From positions 32,001-96,000 of IMG/VR virus record IMGVR_UViG_3300034111_001103: a DNA stretch of 64,000 nt. The stretch is one strand, 5' to 3'. Shown in pieces: positions 61,898 to 64,000 of this stretch (position 1 is its first letter; every line of letters starts with the position of its first letter). Source of the stretch: a virus. A program made the translations under genes and the position numbers. The notes below the pieces were generated by a model. That model saw nothing but the letters and a program-made list of their open reading frames with translations, did no database searches and was not told the DNA's origin.

Positions 61898-63094
61898 ATG
61901 ATAAATACAGAATTAAAACCTTCAGAAGTAGTAGAATTATTAAAATATGTAATTCCTCAAAACATAAAATTAGCAGAAAAAGGACATCATCCAGTTGCTT
62001 ATAATATAATAGGAGAACCTGGTATTTCTAAATCAGCTGTAGTAGATCAAACAGCTAGAGAATTAAACACTCATCATTATATATCATTAAATCTTTCAAT
62101 GGCTGAAGTAGGTGATTTAATTGGATTTCCTATAACACAATACAAAGTTTGTAAAAATGAAGAATGTTTGTGGATAGGAGATAAATTATTAAATGATTAT
62201 ATTTTACAAGGTTATCATGCTAATGGAGAAAGTAGAATGAGTTATGCTAAACCTGAATGGTTAGTTGGAAAAGAAGATAAACCTGTAATATTAAATTTAG
62301 ATGATTTTTCCAGATGCTCTCCTATGATGATGAATGCTTGTATGCAATTAATTGTAGCTCAAGAAACAATTTCTTGGACATTACCAAAAGGTAGTACTGT
62401 AATTTGTACTTCTAATCCTGATGATGGGGATGAAAGTTTTTCAGTTACAACAATGGATGAAGCTCAAAAAACTCGCTATATCCCTATAAGAATGAAAGCT
62501 AGTGTAGAAGATTGGGCATTAAACTTTGCAGAAAAAGCTGAAATAGGAAGTCCTTTTATAAATTTTCTTTTAAAAAATCCTGAAATAATAGAAGGGTCTA
62601 ATGTAGATGCTGATGGTAATCATTGTAAAAAAGGAAATTTAAGAATTTGGACTAAATTTTTCCAAGCTTCAGAAGGATTATGTAATAATTTATCTGATAA
62701 TTGGAAGATAGTCTTTAATTTAGGACAAAATGCTGTTCCTCAAGAACATCTATTAATGTTAAATAAGTTCATAGAAGATAAATTAGACAAATTATCTACT
62801 CCAGAACAATTATTAAAGATGAAACCAGAAGATGCTTTAAAAGACTTAAAAACTTGTATTGGTGAAGGTTCTAAGAAAAGAATAGATATTTCTTCCATAA
62901 TGAGTAGAAGAGTTATGAATTATGTGTTAGTAAACCATAAAAATTTCACTAAAGATATGATAAATAATTATGCTGAAATTATGGAATCTGAATATATGAG
63001 TCCTGATCTTGTTTTACTTTCAGTTAAGAAAACTACTAAGTTATTTCCAGAGTTGATCAAGCGAGAAAAATTAATTAAAATATTAACTACTTAA
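61898..63094 (+). CDS. MoxR-like AAA+ ATPase
   Basis: GEPGISKS (Walker A variant), LNLDDF (Walker B), TSNP, DEAQKTR. Confidence 0.8.
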   Translation: MINTELKPSEVVELLKYVIPQNIKLAEKGHHPVAYNIIGEPGISKSAVVDQTARELNTHHYISLNLSMAEVGDLIGFPITQYKVCKNEECLWIGDKLLNDYILQGYHANGESRMSYAKPEWLVGKEDKPVILNLDDFSRCSPMMMNACMQLIVAQETISWTLPKGSTVICTSNPDDGDESFSVTTMDEAQKTRYIPIRMKASVEDWALNFAEKAEIGSPFINFLLKNPEIIEGSNVDADGNHCKKGNLRIWTKFFQASEGLCNNLSDNWKIVFNLGQNAVPQEHLLMLNKFIEDKLDKLSTPEQLLKMKPEDALKDLKTCIGEGSKKRIDISSIMSRRVMNYVLVNHKNFTKDMINNYAEIMESEYMSPDLVLLSVKKTTKLFPELIKREKLIKILTT

Positions 63095-63157
63095 TAATAA
63101 TAATAATAAAAGTGGTATATTTGTAAAAGAGTATACCACTTTTTAAATTTTATAATT

Positions 63158-63451
63158 ATGATAGAAGAAAAATGGGCACAAGAATTTCAATATTTATATT
63201 CAGATGATACAGAAATAGTTTGTTTATATTTAAATATAATTTATGAAAAATATGGTAAAGATGTTTTAATAGACTATTTTAAAGCAAAAGAAGATATGGA
63301 TAGGTTATTTTATGCTTATGGTGATCCTACAACTAATACTTTAATAGCAATATCAACAAATTTTAAACCTACTTTTTATTTTTTATTTGAAAATAATAGA
63401 TTTATTTCTAGATCTGAACAATTGAAAAATAATAAAAATCTTATAATATGA
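63158..63451 (+). CDS. Small protein, SxDxE-module family
   Basis: YLYSDDTEIVCLYLNIIY. Confidence 0.65.
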   Translation: MIEEKWAQEFQYLYSDDTEIVCLYLNIIYEKYGKDVLIDYFKAKEDMDRLFYAYGDPTTNTLIAISTNFKPTFYFLFENNRFISRSEQLKNNKNLII

Positions 63452-63696
63452 CATTAAAAAAAGCATTAGAAGGGGATGATTTAGATATTATAAATCTTTA
63501 TTTACAAATAGTATATCAAAATGAAGGTTTAGGAGCTGTTACTAAAGCTTTTGAAGGAACAAAAAAGTATTCATTTTATGAGTTAAATGGTATACTTACT
63601 TTATTAAGATGTAATGCTTTTTATGAAAATATGTGGTTAAAAGATCCAACTAAATCCATTTTAATAGAACTTAATAATAATGATGACAATGATTAA
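63448..63696 (+). CDS. Small protein, SxDxE-module family, carrying an MCP C-terminal-like peptide
   Basis: ALEGDDLDIINLYLQIVY; NMWLKDPTKSILIEL versus MCP NIWLKDPTKSILFEL. Confidence 0.7.
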   Translation: MTLKKALEGDDLDIINLYLQIVYQNEGLGAVTKAFEGTKKYSFYELNGILTLLRCNAFYENMWLKDPTKSILIELNNNDDND

Positions 63697-63946
63697 AGAA
63701 TTACAAAATCTATTTAAATTTGTAAAATCTAAAGATAGAGAAATATCAGAATTATATTTAAAATTAGTATTAGATAAGTATAAAATTGATATAGTTGAAG
63801 ATTATGTTTTTAGATATGAACCTAATATTATAATAACAAACCATTTAATACCTCAAGTAAAATCTATTACTATAAGATTATTTGCTACCCCAAATTATTA
63901 TTATGAATATGATACGAAGATAAAAGAATTTTTAAATTCTCGTTAA
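63680..63946 (+). CDS. Small protein, SxDxE-module family
   Basis: FVKSKDREISELYLKLVL. Confidence 0.65.
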   Translation: MMTMIKELQNLFKFVKSKDREISELYLKLVLDKYKIDIVEDYVFRYEPNIIITNHLIPQVKSITIRLFATPNYYYEYDTKIKEFLNSR

Positions 63947-64000
63947 ACCCTTTAAAGAAATGAAAAAAGAAGATTACTTAGAAAGTGATGATATAGAAAT

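Noticed and set aside
11884-64000. Stop-codon reassignment (TAG to Gln), as in some crAss-like phages
   Set aside because: Long genes (portal, TerL, MCP, rIIA-like) are intact in the standard code, TAG ends plausible ORFs (34604, 38826), and the tRNA-Gln has a UUG anticodon, not CUA
1-64000. CRISPR array
   Set aside because: No regularly spaced identical repeats with unique spacers were seen

Overview
AT-rich Bacteroidetes (probably Flavobacteria-type) phage DNA in two apparently different blocks. About 11.5-64 kb is a crAss-like (Crassvirales-type) genome segment. Its minus-strand head/packaging module runs TerL, portal, scaffold-like protein, major capsid protein (MCP) and Cys-rich structural genes, with GroES and tRNA-Gln. 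Transcription switches strand at about 34 kb. An RNA-rich region at 34.6-39.5 kb holds a candidate twister ribozyme, several stem-enclosed elements and a tmRNA interrupted by a group I intron with an antisense endonuclease ORF. Plus-strand early/replication genes follow (SPFH, AAA/Sak4-like ATPase, primase-like, UDG-like, rIIA-like, MoxR-like). About 1-11.4 kb looks like a different, smaller siphovirus-type phage (RusA, HNH, YqaJ, NinB-like, glycosyltransferases, holin) and may be a recombinant or assembly join. Main highlight 1: a diversity-generating retroelement (DGR) at 51.7-54.2 kb in which one RT is flanked by two paralogous target genes, each followed by its own template repeat (TR) with its own structured RNA. 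It has no avd, about 80% of template adenines are substituted, TR1 has in-frame TAG codons, and both variable repeats (VRs) carry one extra codon. Main highlight 2: a small early gene (63448-63696) whose C-terminal region reproduces 13 of 15 residues near the phage's own MCP C-terminus, within a family of at least 8 ORFs sharing a short helical module. All calls come from motif reading by eye; no database searches were run.
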